A DNA stretch of 896 bases, taken from Escherichia coli (GTDB lineage: Bacteria > Pseudomonadota > Gammaproteobacteria > Enterobacterales > Enterobacteriaceae). The DNA is taken from NCBI RefSeq assembly GCF_003334765.1, contig NZ_QOWT01000094.1; one strand, written 5' to 3'. This document shows, piece by piece, positions 1 to 896 of this stretch (position 1 is its first letter; the number at the start of each line of letters is the position of its first letter). The translations under genes were made by a program, and so were the position numbers. The notes beneath the pieces were generated by a model, which was not told where the DNA came from, searched no databases, and saw only the letters and a list, made by a program, of their open reading frames with translations.

Positions 1-18
1 GGTTTAATGCGCCCCGTT

Positions 19-94
19 GCCCGGATAGCTCAGTCGGTAGAGCAGGGGATTGAAAATCCCCGTGTCCTTGGTTCGATTCCGAGTCCGGGCACCA
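19..94 (+). tRNA. pheV: tRNA-Phe (anticodon GAA), complete 76 nt with encoded 3' CCA; enterobacterial pheV/pheU type
   Basis: Read directly: GCCCGGATAGCTCAGTCGGTAGAGCAGGGGATTGAAAATCCCCGTGTCCTTGGTTCGATTCCGAGTCCGGGCACCA. The 7-bp acceptor stem GCCCGGA/TCCGGGC pairs, the D-loop has AGCTCAGTCGGTAGAGC, the anticodon loop is flanked by stem GGGGA/TCCCC with GAA at 52..54, and the T-arm has GGTTCGATTCC. From memory this matches E. coli tRNA-Phe. pheV and pheU are identical in sequence, so the symbol is ambiguous between the two loci. Confidence 0.95.
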
Positions 95-105
95 AATTCA
101 TATCA

Positions 106-131
106 ACGGACCTCCACGGAGGTCCGTTTTT
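106..131 (+). terminator. Rho-independent terminator of the tRNA-Phe transcript
   Basis: A perfect GC-rich inverted repeat, CGGACCTC (107..114) pairing with GAGGTCCG (119..126) around a 4-nt loop, is followed immediately by TTTTT (127..131). It lies 12 nt downstream of the tRNA 3' CCA. Confidence 0.7.
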
Positions 132-137
132 CATTCC

Positions 138-161
138 AGGACGCCACGATTTAAGCGTCCT
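138..161. repeat. Inverted repeat (7-bp arms, 10-nt spacer) in the tRNA-integrase intergenic region; possible protein-binding site or RNA hairpin
   Basis: AGGACGC (138..144) and GCGTCCT (155..161) are exact reverse complements separated by CACGATTTAA. No T-tract follows, so it is not a typical intrinsic terminator. Confidence 0.35.
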
Positions 162-223
162 GCCTCCAAATCAATTCTACCGAACTCAACCAGATTCCCC
201 CCACATCAACCTCATTGTGTGGG

Positions 224-229
224 TATAAT
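224..229 (+). promoter_or_regulatory. Candidate sigma70 -10 hexamer (TATAAT) for the integrase gene
   Basis: A perfect TATAAT at 224..229 lies about 62 nt upstream of the integrase ATG. No convincing TTGACA-like -35 is seen at 17-bp spacing (CCACAT at 201..206 is a poor match). The call rests on the -10 element only. Confidence 0.3.
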
Positions 230-280
230 TGTGGGCATACCCCAGTTCGACAGAATTTGTACCCTCTTTAACGCATTCAG

Positions 281-285
281 AAGGC
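281..285 (+). promoter_or_regulatory. Ribosome-binding site (Shine-Dalgarno-like AAGG) for the integrase
   Basis: AAGG at 281..284 sits 7 nt upstream of the ATG at 292, which is acceptable SD spacing. Confidence 0.5.
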
Positions 286-291
286 TGAACT

Positions 292-896
292 ATGGCACTG
301 ACTGACGCAAAAATCCGGGCAGCAAAGCCTACTGACAAGGCTTATAAACTCACTGACGGGGCTGGCATGTTCCTGCTGGTACATCCTAATGGTTCCCGTT
401 ACTGGCGTCTCCGTTATCGTATTCTGGGTAAGGAGAAGACTCTGGCACTTGGTGTGTATCCAGAAGTTTCTCTCTCCGAAGCTCGTACAAAACGGGATGA
501 GGCCCGAAAACTGATTTCAGAGGGGATTGACCCTTGCGAACAGAAAAGAGTTAAAAAAGTAGTCCCTGATTTACAGCTCTCTTTTGAACATATTGCACGA
601 CGCTGGCATGCCAGTAATAAACAATGGGCACAATCACACAGCGATAAAGTACTCAAAAGCCTCGAGACACACGTTTTCCCCTTTATCGGCAACCGGGATA
701 TCACAACACTCAATACCCCGGACCTGCTTATCCCTGTTCGTGCTGCAGAAGCAAAACAAATTTATGAAATCGCTAGTCGTCTGCAGCAAAGAATATCTGC
801 TGTAATGCGTTACGCCGTACAGTCTGGCATCATCAGATATAACCCGGCTCTGGATATGGCTGGTGCATTGACCACGGTAAAACGCCAGCATCGCCC
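292..896 (+). CDS. int: Site-specific tyrosine recombinase, P4-type integrase (phage integrase family), N-terminal ~201 aa; 3'-partial, continues beyond the window
   Basis: Hand translation in frame 1 from ATG 292 has no stop through 896: MALTDAKIRAAKPTDKAYKLTDGAGMFLLVHPNGSRYWRLRYRILGKEKTLALGVYPEVSLSEARTKRDEARKLISEGIDPCEQKRV...ARRWHASNKQWAQSHSDKVLKSLETHVFPFIGNRDITTLNTPDLLIPVRAAEAKQIYEIASRLQQRISAVMRYAVQSGIIRYNPALDMAGALTTVKRQHR. The N-terminus (LTDxxIRAAKP...Y.L.DG.G.L.V...GS..W...YR) is the hallmark arm-binding domain of P4-like integrases such as the E. coli CP4-57 IntA type; the Y..R.R motif (YWRLRYR) and the SLS.AR and RLQQR...MRYAV segments also fit that family. Position directly downstream of a tRNA gene on the same strand is the canonical arrangement. 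The ORF is missing from the supplied track, most likely because it has no stop inside the window. Confidence 0.9.
   Translation, partial: MALTDAKIRAAKPTDKAYKLTDGAGMFLLVHPNGSRYWRLRYRILGKEKTLALGVYPEVSLSEARTKRDEARKLISEGIDPCEQKRVKKVVPDLQLSFEHIARRWHASNKQWAQSHSDKVLKSLETHVFPFIGNRDITTLNTPDLLIPVRAAEAKQIYEIASRLQQRISAVMRYAVQSGIIRYNPALDMAGALTTVKRQHR

Larger units (their letters stand above)
77..896 (+). mobile_element. tRNA-proximal boundary of an integrative element (genomic island or P4-like satellite) inserted at the 3' end of tRNA-Phe; extends beyond the window
   Basis: This is inferred from the tRNA-Phe plus adjacent P4-type integrase arrangement. P4-family integrases recombine at a core site overlapping the 3' part of the tRNA gene, so the att core is expected within roughly the last 15-25 nt of the tRNA (about 70..94). 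The exact left boundary cannot be fixed without the other junction. Confidence 0.6.

Noticed and set aside
169-181. Possible IHF-like site (AATCAA at 169..174) and a second ATCAA at 205..209
   Set aside because: Both match only the ATCAA half of the IHF consensus WATCAANNNNTTR and lack the downstream TTR at the correct spacing. By eye they are not distinguishable from chance.
7-228. 73-aa ORF on the + strand (MRPVARIAQSVEQGIENPRVLGSIPSPGTKF...)
   Set aside because: It reads straight through the tRNA-Phe gene and its terminator, has no RBS, and its 'protein' is simply the tRNA sequence translated. It is an artefact of ORF calling.
414-713. 99-aa ORF on the - strand
   Set aside because: It lies entirely antisense within the well-supported integrase coding region and its product has no recognisable features. 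This is a typical shadow ORF opposite a real gene.
584-805. 73-aa ORF on the + strand in an alternative frame
   Set aside because: It overlaps the integrase in a different reading frame. The integrase frame shows strong family-specific motifs and this frame shows none, so it is treated as spurious.
634-891. 85-aa ORF on the - strand
   Set aside because: It is antisense to the integrase CDS, with no RBS or promoter evidence. A shadow ORF.
1-896. Any CRISPR array, toxin-antitoxin pair, defense gene or other novel system inside the window
   Set aside because: The window is fully accounted for by the tRNA, its terminator, a short intergenic region and the integrase N-terminus. There are no repeat-spacer structures and no additional credible ORFs. 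Any novel system would have to lie downstream, outside the provided sequence.

Overview
This window is the tRNA-proximal edge of a tRNA-Phe-anchored integrative element (genomic island or P4-like satellite prophage). It holds a complete 76-nt tRNA-Phe(GAA) gene (19..94, +) whose sequence matches the enterobacterial pheV/pheU type, followed by a hairpin plus T-tract terminator (106..131). After a ~200-bp intergenic region with a second inverted repeat and a plausible sigma70 -10 element, a P4-family tyrosine integrase gene starts at 292 on the + strand and runs uninterrupted off the end of the window (about 201 codons, N-terminal arm-binding and core-binding region only). No other coding genes are supported; the four ORFs in the six-frame track are either over the tRNA or shadow frames of the integrase. 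No novel system is visible inside these 896 bp. The real point of interest is that any cargo of the island lies downstream, outside the window.
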